A program made the translations under genes and the position numbers. A stretch of 64,000 nt of DNA, from the IMG/VR virus record IMGVR_UViG_3300042545_001134, positions 186,001-250,000 of that record; one strand, given 5' to 3'. Below the pieces are notes generated by a model. It saw nothing but the letters and a program-made list of their open reading frames with translations. It made no database searches and was not told the DNA's origin. Below, piece after piece: positions 39,801 through 49,923 of the stretch; the stretch's first letter is position 1; each line of letters begins with the position of its first letter.

Positions 39801-42679
39801 TGATATGGTACAAAATGAGTTGATGATACTTCTCTGAATAAAGAAGACATTAATATTGATTTACTGTTGTTAGTTTGACCAAACATTACACCTAATGTGT
39901 CAGTAAATGTGATGGTATCTTCTAAATCTAAAAACGGTAACGAATTTAATAATAGATATGATGACCCAACATACTTTCCAAATTTGGTTGTTTTACCAAA
40001 ATCAGATTTTAACTGTTTATGAAAATATGGTGTGTTTAATATATTAACGGATGTGTTACCATTTTTAAGTTTTTGTGTAAACATGTTTTCATCGTACCCA
40101 GGTTTAACCCATGAAGTCACATTAAACGGTGAACACACAAATGCTTGTGATGGGTTAACTTGTAAAATTCCATTAAATTTAAAATTATCATCAGTAAATT
40201 CGGTCTTATTCAAATAATCTAAATAAATGTCTGAATTGAATGGATATATTTTAGTTCTATATGGTTCAGGAACGTATTTCACTAACTCAGCGTTTATTTC
40301 TTTTCCTTTAAACGATTTTCTTTGTCTATTAACAGTTCCGTATTTTTCAAACTTAAATGGAGAATCAATAATATCTTTTAAGTATGGTACTGTTGGTAAA
40401 TGGTCTCTAAAATATGGAAACCTTTCATATGGTGATGAACTTGGGAGGTATCCATCAAAAAGAGTCACGGTTTTTGGTTTACCTTCTGAATCTAATTGTG
40501 GTGTTCCGTTATCATTTAGTAAGGGTGATGCTGATTTATATCTAATTAGTGCATCAATATTTGTTAATTTTTGACATAGGTCAACTAAATCAACATCTTC
40601 ACTAATTGATTCTTTAATATTTTCCACCTCTTCTTTTGCCAATAAATCCAATAAGTTGTTATTGTACGAATCGAATAGGGTTGTGTATTTTATTCTTTCA
40701 TAAAGTTCATAAACAAATGATGAAAATACCCTATCAACATAAGGTACCCCTTCATTCATGGCATCCATACCACTTATATCGTCTAAATTATTTTCAGTAG
40801 AATCAGTTTCAAAAATATAATTAACATCACTAACCGTTGGTTCGTTTGTGACACCCGTATCTAATTTGTTAGTTACAATTTTAATGTATTCTTCAACAAA
40901 GTCAACTTCAGGCCAAATGGTGTTATTGTTTGATTTTAATTTATTTATTAATTCAGGTTCACCCGGATATGCAATAACATTTTGTTTACCACCTGAAATG
41001 GGTTTTTTAACTTCAGGCCATGGATATATTGCACTACCCTTTCCTTTTTGTTCATCAGTTAAACCCGATAATAACTTAGCACGGGTTTTCGCAGAATCAA
41101 ACGCTCTGTTGTGTGTGTCTTTCATTAAACGGATGTAAACTTCCGCGTTTGCTAAAAGTACTGCAAATATATTTCTGATTGTTGGTTCAAATCCAAATCC
41201 TTGAGAAGGGTCTTTGATGACCTCGTTCATTTTTTTCTCAACGTCGTCTTCGAGTTTTTTTCTTTGTTCATCAAATGACTTCTTTATTTCAAAAATATCT
41301 TTGAACAATGTGTCAATACCAATCAAAACAAAACCATCACTCTTTACATCATAATAGTTTTTAATGTTTTTAATTGTGTTTAATGAAATTTTCTTAAAAT
41401 CCGCAGAAGTTTTATTCATCAATTTATTTGTAAAATCAATTGATTTATTTAACGCATCAGGGTAAATTGTAATAAGTCTTTCTAAAGTTCCTTCGGTTTG
41501 TCCTGTTATCTTTTCTAAAGTTTTCTTATCTTTTACTAAGTAATACCAATTATAATCTGTACTTTCAACTAACGGATTTACAACGGTAGGTGTTTTGGTT
41601 TCATACTCTTTTGAAGATAAATTTTGTTTTGACCACGCCTTAATGGAATTTTCAAAGTTATTTAAGTTATCCTCAAGTTCTTTAATTCCTTGGAATACTT
41701 TCATATCAACAACCTCGTTAAAGATTTTTCTCTCTAAGATTTTGTCAAGTGATTCGGCAATATAACCTAAGTCTTTTAATGTCTTTACAGGTTTACCGTC
41801 GTTTTTAATAAATGTACCTTTTGGTACTAAACCTTTTTGTTCGTATTGTTGATATATCGACCTTAATACTTGGTATCCTCTTGAGCCTCTTGATATTTTC
41901 TTTTCGTACCTACCTTCTTTTTCGTTAAACTTTTTGTTCTCAACATTCTCAGTTAAAAACATATATGGGCAGTTGATAATTGCAGATAAAGGTATGTCAT
42001 TCATATATGCATACGTTGACCCAACAAATGTTGTGGTTACTTCAAAATTACCATTACTATCATTAAATTTAGATGAAAACTTGGTCATATGTAAACGATA
42101 TCTTATCGCCTTACCATAATAACCCTTTACCGTCAAATAGAATATTGGCCATGGAATATGAAAAAATGCACGGTATGGTGAATTTTCAGATGATTCAAAT
42201 AGTGTCTTACCTCTAACGTCAATAAAGTTAATTGTGACTTGGGGTGTGAAATTTGCACCTTTAACTGTTATGTTAATACTATCCATACCGAAACTCTGAC
42301 CACTAGAATCAGATAGGTAATAATCATCCGTTACTTTGGTTTTTGCATCGTTAGCTGTGTTTAATTCGGGTTTACCCAAATAAGACTCCGTCCACGATGT
42401 ATCAAAGTTACCATCACCTGTTTGATTTTTAAGAAAATTAAGATTACCTTTAGCAATACTAATTAAGGTACTTCCTTGGTCTTTGGCAACAAGAGATGTT
42501 CTCGGAATAATATCTGCTTCCAAGTTAACATACATAACCAAATTCTCTTGTTTTACACCCCTTGGTTGAATATTACCGTCATTATCGACAATACTATTCG
42601 GGTCGATGTAAATAAGATTGTTTTGGTCTACTTTTACAAGTATGTTTTCACTATTTGATAAATCGTTATTACTCGCCAT
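36836..42679 (-). CDS. large baseplate hub protein (gp27/gpD-like) with additional domains
   Basis: 1947 aa. YKCEVTCMGNVMIQPTMYFYL...GSYWITEVSHSI...TTTFSG is a hub-type C-terminal motif; follows the LysM/gp53-like gene. Confidence 0.65.
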   Translation of the reverse strand: MASNNDLSNSENILVKVDQNNLIYIDPNSIVDNDGNIQPRGVKQENLVMYVNLEADIIPRTSLVAKDQGSTLISIAKGNLNFLKNQTGDGNFDTSWTESYLGKPELNTANDAKTKVTDDYYLSDSSGQSFGMDSINITVKGANFTPQVTINFIDVRGKTLFESSENSPYRAFFHIPWPIFYLTVKGYYGKAIRYRLHMTKFSSKFNDSNGNFEVTTTFVGSTYAYMNDIPLSAIINCPYMFLTENVENKKFNEKEGRYEKKISRGSRGYQVLRSIYQQYEQKGLVPKGTFIKNDGKPVKTLKDLGYIAESLDKILERKIFNEVVDMKVFQGIKELEDNLNNFENSIKAWSKQNLSSKEYETKTPTVVNPLVESTDYNWYYLVKDKKTLEKITGQTEGTLERLITIYPDALNKSIDFTNKLMNKTSADFKKISLNTIKNIKNYYDVKSDGFVLIGIDTLFKDIFEIKKSFDEQRKKLEDDVEKKMNEVIKDPSQGFGFEPTIRNIFAVLLANAEVYIRLMKDTHNRAFDSAKTRAKLLSGLTDEQKGKGSAIYPWPEVKKPISGGKQNVIAYPGEPELINKLKSNNNTIWPEVDFVEEYIKIVTNKLDTGVTNEPTVSDVNYIFETDSTENNLDDISGMDAMNEGVPYVDRVFSSFVYELYERIKYTTLFDSYNNNLLDLLAKEEVENIKESISEDVDLVDLCQKLTNIDALIRYKSASPLLNDNGTPQLDSEGKPKTVTLFDGYLPSSSPYERFPYFRDHLPTVPYLKDIIDSPFKFEKYGTVNRQRKSFKGKEINAELVKYVPEPYRTKIYPFNSDIYLDYLNKTEFTDDNFKFNGILQVNPSQAFVCSPFNVTSWVKPGYDENMFTQKLKNGNTSVNILNTPYFHKQLKSDFGKTTKFGKYVGSSYLLLNSLPFLDLEDTITFTDTLGVMFGQTNNSKSILMSSLFREVSSTHFVPYHLMLKWGAMYHRYKKQIIDGVDILSGFVNSSNVTQPITGSSFFDGGFTGTTFETFTVGANTINHSLSNNVGLNPYYQSIFHQIVNGYSHYNVYSGNTDYTGKTNTNNIIHKPLKGNNNNTYWSVLVDNSKYKSTEQFYTLLPSHGLNQSDLGNKNLETFDFAEQYTFRGWWIDESVTDEFSGKTFASYSEYPRNYVSGSTTDNTFTIDANYRKVIDLIGTFSPQILESFEGMFLDFASEKTNDEIPFQTFDNLNYGKFQDLLKELVTVPKETTDSTSNTMFNIVKDRQLEKSKSVSNRLLSVNNIIKFTLANPKEIDPYTFYGMTSFDNYNVFSVATYNNSDLTPTNQNFIKLYIGEDIDGYYQDFFGVNDIKLTEENIIRFRPLVQIYAGYRKSGGTNTKAAFREYLRLSVFQGQGNKIYASGSDVRLKYFLTIVLGEISKKGNIERKDSSTDIRRYQGYNTNDTKLELYNTFKSFNDKWTAGNSIGQRLLLEEFLFLDKANRDIGDKFYMNIDRITNLLHPNNMKQSLYGSISILIQGTGLDMRALPAYVNFYGTNLKSKTKITPSKNVAKNLFGTFLEVDYQESSPKIIIQLVGASSKRPDLSNSKEYKFADDSFYIGSVNNNPLVITSLESFAATDLSKSNKVVAFEVSFGDQNQGIFKGVQLDQSTLKNTSESFVVLENLARSESGAGAYNVDVSLFDYYKQASYKCEVTCMGNVMIQPTMYFYLKNIPMFKGSYWITEVSHSIKGNTITTTFSGARIPYTSLPDPKDSFISSYRVLFDRMASKAQSILKQNEKPSESKEEVVTYEGIAYSTDRAGKTIQGEEITKSEPKVGVTEFGIPYNGYKNQKDIQKVDNNGTWLRAVVVKMGGEKYPIDPDTTMGVADGIKWSKISGANYKFYNTTFLSNIASSEKIRTAKTEFKNPKNGKTYTLNPSYQLAESIGTIVTNGPVGNGPNVSGYGMGMSPSLMSELGLYDGDVVYFKLS

Positions 42680-42992
42680 AATATAAATTATACAATTCTA
42701 CACTTCTTTTGTAATCTTGTAAAGTCGTAGTTAAAGGAAATGGTACTCTAATTAACGAATTGTTCGGAATTTCAAACTCTAAACTACCGGCCAATGGATT
42801 TGCCATTAAAATAACCCAACCAAAAACGGGTGAATTATAATATTCTTGAGAGATTTTATCCAATCTATCTTTTCCTTTCTTATAGAATGTATACTTGTCG
42901 GTTCCTTTAATCGGAATCTCAATACCCGGAACAATTTTAAATTCACTGTCCTCAATGAAAAACTGATATCTGTTAAAATAATCCCTTGCCAT
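42669..42992 (-). CDS. LysM-like baseplate protein (T4 gp53 / P2 gpX-like)
   Basis: DRLDKISQEYYNSPVFGWVILMANP...IRVP. Confidence 0.8.
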   Translation of the reverse strand: MARDYFNRYQFFIEDSEFKIVPGIEIPIKGTDKYTFYKKGKDRLDKISQEYYNSPVFGWVILMANPLAGSLEFEIPNNSLIRVPFPLTTTLQDYKRSVELYNLYYGE

Positions 42993-45900
42993 TACTTTTT
43001 ATCTTTATTACTTTTGTAGTAGTTTAGTTTGTCTGTCACTTCAACATTATCTGAATGTACTTTTTTAGATTCTTCATTGAATGTCGCATCTGTAGATAAG
43101 TTAGTGGTCGTGAAAGAAAATGTAATTTTTTTACTGTTCTTCCTATCTTTAAATTTTGAAAATTTAAAATCCTTATCTTTAAGTTCCTCAACAAAATCTT
43201 CAATCTTATTTCTAATTTTCTTTCTAATGTTCTCAGGAAATATTGTTTGGTCATTTTCATAAACCTTAACAATCTCATTAACCTTTTCTTGAAGAAATAC
43301 GGTCATAATTCTTTCAAATTCAATTGAACCAATTGTTGGTGTATTAAAATTAATTGTTGATGTTAAATCAATAAACATTTTTGGTGTGTTCTTTTCAATG
43401 TAGTCAATACAACTACTATACTCATTATATAGTAAATCATATGTATAACCCGATAAAACAGCCTCAGTAACATCTTCATCTTTTACCATTGTATCCTTAC
43501 CAAATTTAACAAGGAAGTTAACGTAGTCTAAACTCTTAATCAACGAATCTCTCACAGATTCAAATTCACTGAATGGATTTGTATCGATTAGTTCGTTTAA
43601 TTTATCTTCAACTATTTTAGTAATCAAAGGTTTAAGATATTCGTTTGACTTGGCTAATTTAGGTGGTGTTAAAACTTTATCTAATCCAAACATGAGTGAT
43701 AGGTCGGTATTATCTAATTGTGCAATCATCGCACTTTTAACACCCCTCATTAAGATTGGTAATTCATTGTTTTTCTTATAAAGACCAACTAATGATAGTG
43801 TTTTTCCCGGTGATGTACTAGTGGTTGTGTAAACATCATATTGTTTAATTGTTCTATACGTGTCAGTAAACAATAATGTACCAATGTCTTGACCATATCT
43901 TTTAATCATTTTGTTATAGGTAGTTTCGTACTTTTTAAAATAATTGTCAGTATTATCAAATACTGGTTTAAGTAATGGGGTGAAGTCCATCGTTGATGAT
44001 GGGGTAATAAATGTACCAATCCATTTTCCTTCACTAATTTCATTAGTGTTTTGAGTTTCAGGGGTTTCTTTTTGTTTTGGTAAATCACTTAATAATTTCT
44101 CCAAGAAATCTTTTGTAAATTCTTTTGCGTCCACACCACCGATTGTCTCATTTGTTGGTATTGACCTTTCATCGTACATTTCAGTATTAGCAAAGAAATT
44201 TGATGAAAGAGCGTTTTGTAATCTCTCAACAGGTCTTGACAATCCCTGTCCTCCAATAAATGCAATTTGACATGTAATATTGGCAATCATTGGTTGTACA
44301 CCAATACCTTCAGGGTTTAAATCCCATGGTGAATCATCATACGTGATGTTAACATCACGAATAATAATTTTAGAATGGTAAAAATCACCAATTCTAAGAA
44401 CACAAACAGGTGGTGGACCAAATGAAGTATTTCTTGCATTTAAATCTGCATCATCCGCAATTCCCTTAATAGGTATTGTGTCACCCGGTCTTATACATTG
44501 TAACATAAAGGTCAAACGAGAGTTCAATCCTTCAGGAGTTGTTGAGTGGAAACCTGGATGGAAATATTTTAATTTTTCTTTTAATGATTTGAACGCCACT
44601 GGAGAATCCTCTTCAAGTTTTTTGAAATAGAAACACTCTGAAAGAGTTTTCATGATGATTCTCTTCATTGGGTCTATCGCAGGTTTCTTAGTTGGTGGAT
44701 ATAAAGTAGTTTCACCATCCGGTTCAATTCTCGTAACGATTGTTGGGGGAGGTGTTGGTTTTGGTTTTTCAGGTTCAATATGGTATTTAACCTCCGCTGT
44801 TGATTGTCTACAGAAAAATGCAACTGGTGCGTGGATTTTTAAACTCTTAACAGTAATAAATTCCTTTCCTCTACATTGACTATCGGGTGACGGTCCTGTA
44901 AAATTTTCACCGTAGTTTGCCGAGTCAATAACAACTGAACCCGTATTATCCGTCCATCCAAAATCACTTAATTTATATTCTTTTTTAATAACTATTGGTT
45001 TACCTTTCGAAATGATAACTTTATCATTTTCAGATAAGTTTTTATTCTCAGCAATACCAATACTTTTAACCCATTTAAATTCTTTAGGAACAGTTCCATC
45101 TTTTGAAATATTTTTAAAGAATTCTTTTATAATACTTGAACTTCTTCTAAGTGCCAAGTTTTCATTATATAGTTCAGATGCAACTGATGAACAAGACGAT
45201 TCAACTGTTAAGTAAATTCTTTGTACAGTACCCCCACTAATCATTTCTTTAAGTGTTGCAGTTCCACCAGTAAACTTCTCATATTCTTTTTTTGCCGTTT
45301 CAAAATAACCATCAAGTAAATTTGTTTGATAAAGAACGGCTGCATTATCAATTGTAGTTCCCGTTTTACCAAAAACATATTCTCTCTCTTTTAAAACTTG
45401 TGCGGTTTGTGTTATACCAGTAATACTTCTTAATGCGGTATCAAGTGCCGCGGTATGTCCTGTTTTTTGTATGTAGAACGGTTCAAACAATTGACCGTAT
45501 GGTGTGTCAACTTCTACGGATTGAAAACGTGGACCCGGAATGTCGTTATCATATTTAAGAACACATTTAAAACCTTCATTTTTACCATTGTTAGCGTTTG
45601 CCGAACCACCACTTTGGTCCGTATTAACAACGGGTTCTATAATGGTTTTGTATTTCTTAATTACTTCAGGGTCTTTACCTTTTTCTAAGAACATCTTTAT
45701 TAAAGTGATGTCATCAGAATCCAAATAAGTGTATCTTCTAATAAGTGAATAGAAATCCAATTCCTCACATCCCGCAAAAAATGCGTTGATGTAATTTTCG
45801 GACTCTTCGTCACTCATATTTTTAAAGTGTTCTCTAACTAATAGGTTTAAGATACTAGGGTGGTCGACAACCACTTTGAATGATAATGTTCCCGTTCTTG

Positions 45901-47800
45901 ATGTATCTTGGTACGTATATATTGGTTCAGGTCGACCTAAGAATGTGTTATCACTCCATCTTGCTGAGTTCTGCTCACTGATTTTTAAGTCATATGGTGG
46001 AAACCACATAACTCTACCTCCGTTGTTACCTCTTTCACAGTAAGGTAAATCATTATATGTGAATCCAGGGGTGTTTGATGTTTTCCATGCCAAGTTCTCA
46101 ATTGAGAACATATATTTTTTTGCATAAAATCCATCTCCGGGAGGTCCTTTTTTAATGTTTGTTGAAACCCCTTCAAAATTTCTATCACCATCTGACATAG
46201 GTGCAATGTTCAAGTTCCATGGGGTTGACATCACACTATCATCGAATTTACGGATATTACCCGTTCTCTTCATGGTATCTGAATAGTTAAAGTAAGACCT
46301 ATCTTTTGTCCACACTCTACAATATTCTATACCGGTGTTTTCTTTTGTGTATTTGTCAACATATTGAATTGCGGAACCTCTTGATAACATTGTTTCACCT
46401 TCTCTGAACACTCTACTTGTTTGGTCAATAACATTACCAACGTGAGTACGAGACGCCATGCCGTCATTCGGCATAGAATCAAGGAGTTCCTGTGTTTTAC
46501 CTAAAATCGAATCTTCTCTAAAACCATATTTTGTTGATAGAGAATCAACATGTGATGTTTGTTCTCTTGAATATGTTGTTTCCGACCTTTCACCAAAGAA
46601 ACCGGTACGTGGAATTTTTGTTTCATTTGGTGATAAATTATATTCTTTTGAATTACGACTAATCCATGTTAGTTTAGTACTTAGTGTACCTCCTTCACTT
46701 ATATTTCTTTGTCTTTCAAATAAAGATGTCTGAACAGGGTCAAACATCATACCCATATAGTAACTACCTTTTACCATATTGTTATTTGCGTCAGACATTG
46801 TCATCTTAACATCTTCACTTCTATCATCACCAATATATGCAACACCTTTTGGTGCCTCTAACCCTAAAAGAGATTTAACTCCTTGAGCAAATTGACTAAT
46901 GTTGTTAAAAAGTTTTGAAGACTGTTGTGACCTTGCAGTAGTCGTGTAGTTTGGTGCGTATTTCGAATATGATAAGTTGTCAAACAAAGTTTGTTTTTGA
47001 CCATCACCCATATATTCAATCATCAAATCAGAAGGTTTTCTTGAAACCTTTGGTCTTCTTTGAATTCCAATTAATGAACCTAACGCACCTGTAATATCTT
47101 GTAGAATTGCCCCACCTTCAGTTCTTGGTGTTGGTCTATTTTCAATTGGGTTTTGTGGGTTAGATAAATAATCACCCGGTATTTCACTAAACGGGAATTC
47201 GACACCCGCAACGGTTTGTAGAAAATCTATCCCCTTACCTAATAATGTCTTGGCGACCGTAATTTTATAATTCTTTTCAATTAACGGTTCTCTACCTGTA
47301 ACGATATTGATTGCCGTTGCTGTGTTTCCATTTATTGCATCCGCAATTCTAACTCTACCTAATGTGGCCGCAGTTAAATTTTGTGTAATCCTCGCAAAAA
47401 CGGGACCGTCTCTATTTTCACGTATGTTTAATGCCGCGAATTTCATTAACTGCGATTCATTATCGTAGTTACTGTTAGACATAATACCAAATAAACTACT
47501 TATATCTCCTCTTGTAAAATAGGGGTATAAATTTAAATTGGCACTTCTTGGTATTGTATTAATATTTTCAGTTACAAAGTAACTTACAGGTTTAAAAATG
47601 TTTGTATTTTTAATCTGTAATAAATCATTTGCACGGTTTGTGTCGACCGCACCTGGGTCAACATTGGCTAAATTACTTAGAGTCTGAACACTATAGTTTG
47701 CCGCAGTAAATGTTTGGGGACCAAATGGACGTTGTAACGTCTTTGATATTAAGAAGTCCCTGAATGTCGATGTACTACTAAAATCTAAATAACTTGGCAT
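42992..47800 (-). CDS. large tail-tube initiator/baseplate protein (gp48/gp54-like) with OmpA-like insertion
   Basis: 1602 aa. WSDNTFLGRPEPIYTYQDTSRTGTLSF and PPVCVLRIGDFY...ITYD..PWD tube-initiator motifs; YNENLALRR OmpA-like motif; sits between the tape measure and LysM genes. Confidence 0.6.
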   Translation of the reverse strand: MPSYLDFSSTSTFRDFLISKTLQRPFGPQTFTAANYSVQTLSNLANVDPGAVDTNRANDLLQIKNTNIFKPVSYFVTENINTIPRSANLNLYPYFTRGDISSLFGIMSNSNYDNESQLMKFAALNIRENRDGPVFARITQNLTAATLGRVRIADAINGNTATAINIVTGREPLIEKNYKITVAKTLLGKGIDFLQTVAGVEFPFSEIPGDYLSNPQNPIENRPTPRTEGGAILQDITGALGSLIGIQRRPKVSRKPSDLMIEYMGDGQKQTLFDNLSYSKYAPNYTTTARSQQSSKLFNNISQFAQGVKSLLGLEAPKGVAYIGDDRSEDVKMTMSDANNNMVKGSYYMGMMFDPVQTSLFERQRNISEGGTLSTKLTWISRNSKEYNLSPNETKIPRTGFFGERSETTYSREQTSHVDSLSTKYGFREDSILGKTQELLDSMPNDGMASRTHVGNVIDQTSRVFREGETMLSRGSAIQYVDKYTKENTGIEYCRVWTKDRSYFNYSDTMKRTGNIRKFDDSVMSTPWNLNIAPMSDGDRNFEGVSTNIKKGPPGDGFYAKKYMFSIENLAWKTSNTPGFTYNDLPYCERGNNGGRVMWFPPYDLKISEQNSARWSDNTFLGRPEPIYTYQDTSRTGTLSFKVVVDHPSILNLLVREHFKNMSDEESENYINAFFAGCEELDFYSLIRRYTYLDSDDITLIKMFLEKGKDPEVIKKYKTIIEPVVNTDQSGGSANANNGKNEGFKCVLKYDNDIPGPRFQSVEVDTPYGQLFEPFYIQKTGHTAALDTALRSITGITQTAQVLKEREYVFGKTGTTIDNAAVLYQTNLLDGYFETAKKEYEKFTGGTATLKEMISGGTVQRIYLTVESSCSSVASELYNENLALRRSSSIIKEFFKNISKDGTVPKEFKWVKSIGIAENKNLSENDKVIISKGKPIVIKKEYKLSDFGWTDNTGSVVIDSANYGENFTGPSPDSQCRGKEFITVKSLKIHAPVAFFCRQSTAEVKYHIEPEKPKPTPPPTIVTRIEPDGETTLYPPTKKPAIDPMKRIIMKTLSECFYFKKLEEDSPVAFKSLKEKLKYFHPGFHSTTPEGLNSRLTFMLQCIRPGDTIPIKGIADDADLNARNTSFGPPPVCVLRIGDFYHSKIIIRDVNITYDDSPWDLNPEGIGVQPMIANITCQIAFIGGQGLSRPVERLQNALSSNFFANTEMYDERSIPTNETIGGVDAKEFTKDFLEKLLSDLPKQKETPETQNTNEISEGKWIGTFITPSSTMDFTPLLKPVFDNTDNYFKKYETTYNKMIKRYGQDIGTLLFTDTYRTIKQYDVYTTTSTSPGKTLSLVGLYKKNNELPILMRGVKSAMIAQLDNTDLSLMFGLDKVLTPPKLAKSNEYLKPLITKIVEDKLNELIDTNPFSEFESVRDSLIKSLDYVNFLVKFGKDTMVKDEDVTEAVLSGYTYDLLYNEYSSCIDYIEKNTPKMFIDLTSTINFNTPTIGSIEFERIMTVFLQEKVNEIVKVYENDQTIFPENIRKKIRNKIEDFVEELKDKDFKFSKFKDRKNSKKITFSFTTTNLSTDATFNEESKKVHSDNVEVTDKLNYYKSNKDKK

Positions 47801-47840
47801 TTATTGTTTTACTATAAATAGAGATTTACTTATTTTATGT

Positions 47841-49757
47841 TTATGATTGACTAGTATAATCTCTTGGACTAGTTCCATTTAAAAATTCGTCAATTGCTTC
47901 GGGTCTTCTAACAAGATATCTTGACCATTCATCCATAATCGTATCACTCTTAATATTAAGTGTAACTTCTGTTTTATTGGATTGTGGTTCAGTTGTTGTT
48001 GCCGGTGTATTTGTTGTCGGTGTTGAATTGTTAACAGGTACTGATTGTTGTGGTGTTGATTTAGAACCATACATTCCAACGTCAGTTGCCATTTTAATTG
48101 TTTTGTCCACCACGTCAATATTTGCGTTTTTTGCACCAGTTTTTGAACTCTCGTTCATTTCTTTCGCAGTTTTTGAAAGGTAATCTGAGACACCTTTTGT
48201 TTCCGCATCAATGGCAGCACCTGCAATTCTCGCTTCACGAGCAAATCTAACTCTCAAAATACCTAAAATTTCAGCGACATTCAACGCCATATTTTGAGTT
48301 TGAGTAAATTGTTCTTTTGCGATTTGTTCAGTTGACATTTCTTCAAATGCCTTTTGATTTGCCAATAATGCATCCGCTTCAACTTTGGTTAGAGTATCTA
48401 AAGCAATTCTCTGAGCTCCACCAAATTCTTTTGATATAGAGGAAACGTCAATAACCATTTTACCACCTTCCATTCTTGAGATGTTGGTTAAGAATTCTTT
48501 CTCTTTTTCATCTAACGCAAATCCTTTTGACATAAGAGCAGTTGATGCGGACTGTCTTTCGGATGCCTTAATAGAAGTTTTACTTAATTCTTCCATTGTC
48601 ATTCCGAATTGCTCAGCCATCGCTTTTGCCTTTCTTAAATTAACTCCTGTTATTTCAAAACGACCTTGTTCTTGGTTGTAAGTTGCTAATGAACCTGCAG
48701 CGCCTATTATTGCATCCTGTATTCCTCCAACATCATTTGTTGCGTTATACATCATTTTAAGTGGGTCGTTAAAATCACCAATTGCACCACCTATTGCTTG
48801 TAAATTTGCCGTTAAATCAATTGCTTGGTCTGGGTCAAATAATTTTTCAGCCAAATCAAAGGTATTCTGCATGTTAAATTTGAATTGAACTGATTGTTGA
48901 ACCATTTTGGTTAAACCTTGAACCCCATTTTGAAAACCGTATTGGTTTATTTTAGATAAATTCGTATTTACCTCAGATACAACCTTTCTAGAGTTTAAAC
49001 CTAAAACCATAGATGATTTACCCGCCTCGTTAATTTGTTCTAACGCATCTCCCGCTCCTATACCAATTTCATTGAAGTTGTTTAGATATTGTGGAAGGTC
49101 CTGTAAGTTACCAATGAACGCTCTTGATGTAACCGCCCCCTTTTCAAAAACATCAGCACCAACCATCGCCATATTACCCATGTCTTGTGACACTTGCATG
49201 GTAGTTGACGCTAATTCATCGAAACTATATCCCATACCTGCAACCGCGGGCATGGCTTCAAAAATATTATCCCTATAATCTCTCGATAGTTGGCCCGCCA
49301 TTCCTAATTTGGCGTTTACTTCGTTTCTTAATTTAACTTCGTTAGTAAGAACGTCCGTTATTTGTTTACCGGCAAATTCTAAGGATTTAAAAATTGAGTC
49401 ACCGAGTAATGAGGTTATACCTCCACCCAGACCACCTCTAATTGTTTTTACAATATCAGTAACCTCAAGTTTTTCATTATCAGCCAATGACGCTGAAGCG
49501 GGTAGACTTTGAGAACCAGCTAATCTTTCAACAAAATCGCCACCTGTTTTTGATGCGGCTTTACCAAAACTATATTTATCGCCACCACTATTAGAACCAG
49601 TACCCCGACCAATAAAACCTTGGGCAAATTGAGACTGCTCGCTACTTGACAATGGATTACCTCCATTTAATTTTTTAGCATATGCCTCCGATTGAGTATC
49701 AGAATGATTTAACTTTCTTGAGTCTTCACCTACTTTTTTCCAATCAATTGTTGCCAT
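47841..49757 (-). CDS. tape measure protein
   Basis: 638 aa, helical and Ala/Gly/Gln-rich; canonical position after tube and chaperone, before tube initiator. Confidence 0.7.
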   Translation of the reverse strand: MATIDWKKVGEDSRKLNHSDTQSEAYAKKLNGGNPLSSSEQSQFAQGFIGRGTGSNSGGDKYSFGKAASKTGGDFVERLAGSQSLPASASLADNEKLEVTDIVKTIRGGLGGGITSLLGDSIFKSLEFAGKQITDVLTNEVKLRNEVNAKLGMAGQLSRDYRDNIFEAMPAVAGMGYSFDELASTTMQVSQDMGNMAMVGADVFEKGAVTSRAFIGNLQDLPQYLNNFNEIGIGAGDALEQINEAGKSSMVLGLNSRKVVSEVNTNLSKINQYGFQNGVQGLTKMVQQSVQFKFNMQNTFDLAEKLFDPDQAIDLTANLQAIGGAIGDFNDPLKMMYNATNDVGGIQDAIIGAAGSLATYNQEQGRFEITGVNLRKAKAMAEQFGMTMEELSKTSIKASERQSASTALMSKGFALDEKEKEFLTNISRMEGGKMVIDVSSISKEFGGAQRIALDTLTKVEADALLANQKAFEEMSTEQIAKEQFTQTQNMALNVAEILGILRVRFAREARIAGAAIDAETKGVSDYLSKTAKEMNESSKTGAKNANIDVVDKTIKMATDVGMYGSKSTPQQSVPVNNSTPTTNTPATTTEPQSNKTEVTLNIKSDTIMDEWSRYLVRRPEAIDEFLNGTSPRDYTSQS

Positions 49758-49770
49758 ACCTATAAATAGA

Positions 49771-49923
49771 TTAATTTGTATTTTCTATATCCATAAGATA
49801 CTTTATATAGTATCTTCGAACATAGATAGGCATACCCATAATATCCCCATAAGAGAACCCTCTTTTGACTAAAAATAAAATTTCGTCTAACTGACCTTTC
49901 TTATAATCCGTAGAAAGGGCGAA
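49771..49923 (-). CDS. frameshift-accessed C-terminal extension of the tail assembly chaperone (gp51 / gpT-like)
   Basis: +1 frame after GGG TTT TTT C reads FALSTDYKKGQLDEILFLVKRGFSYGDIMGMPIYVRRYYIKYLMDIENTN*; fills the gap up to the tape-measure promoter. Confidence 0.7.
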   Translation of the reverse strand, partial: FALSTDYKKGQLDEILFLVKRGFSYGDIMGMPIYVRRYYIKYLMDIENTN

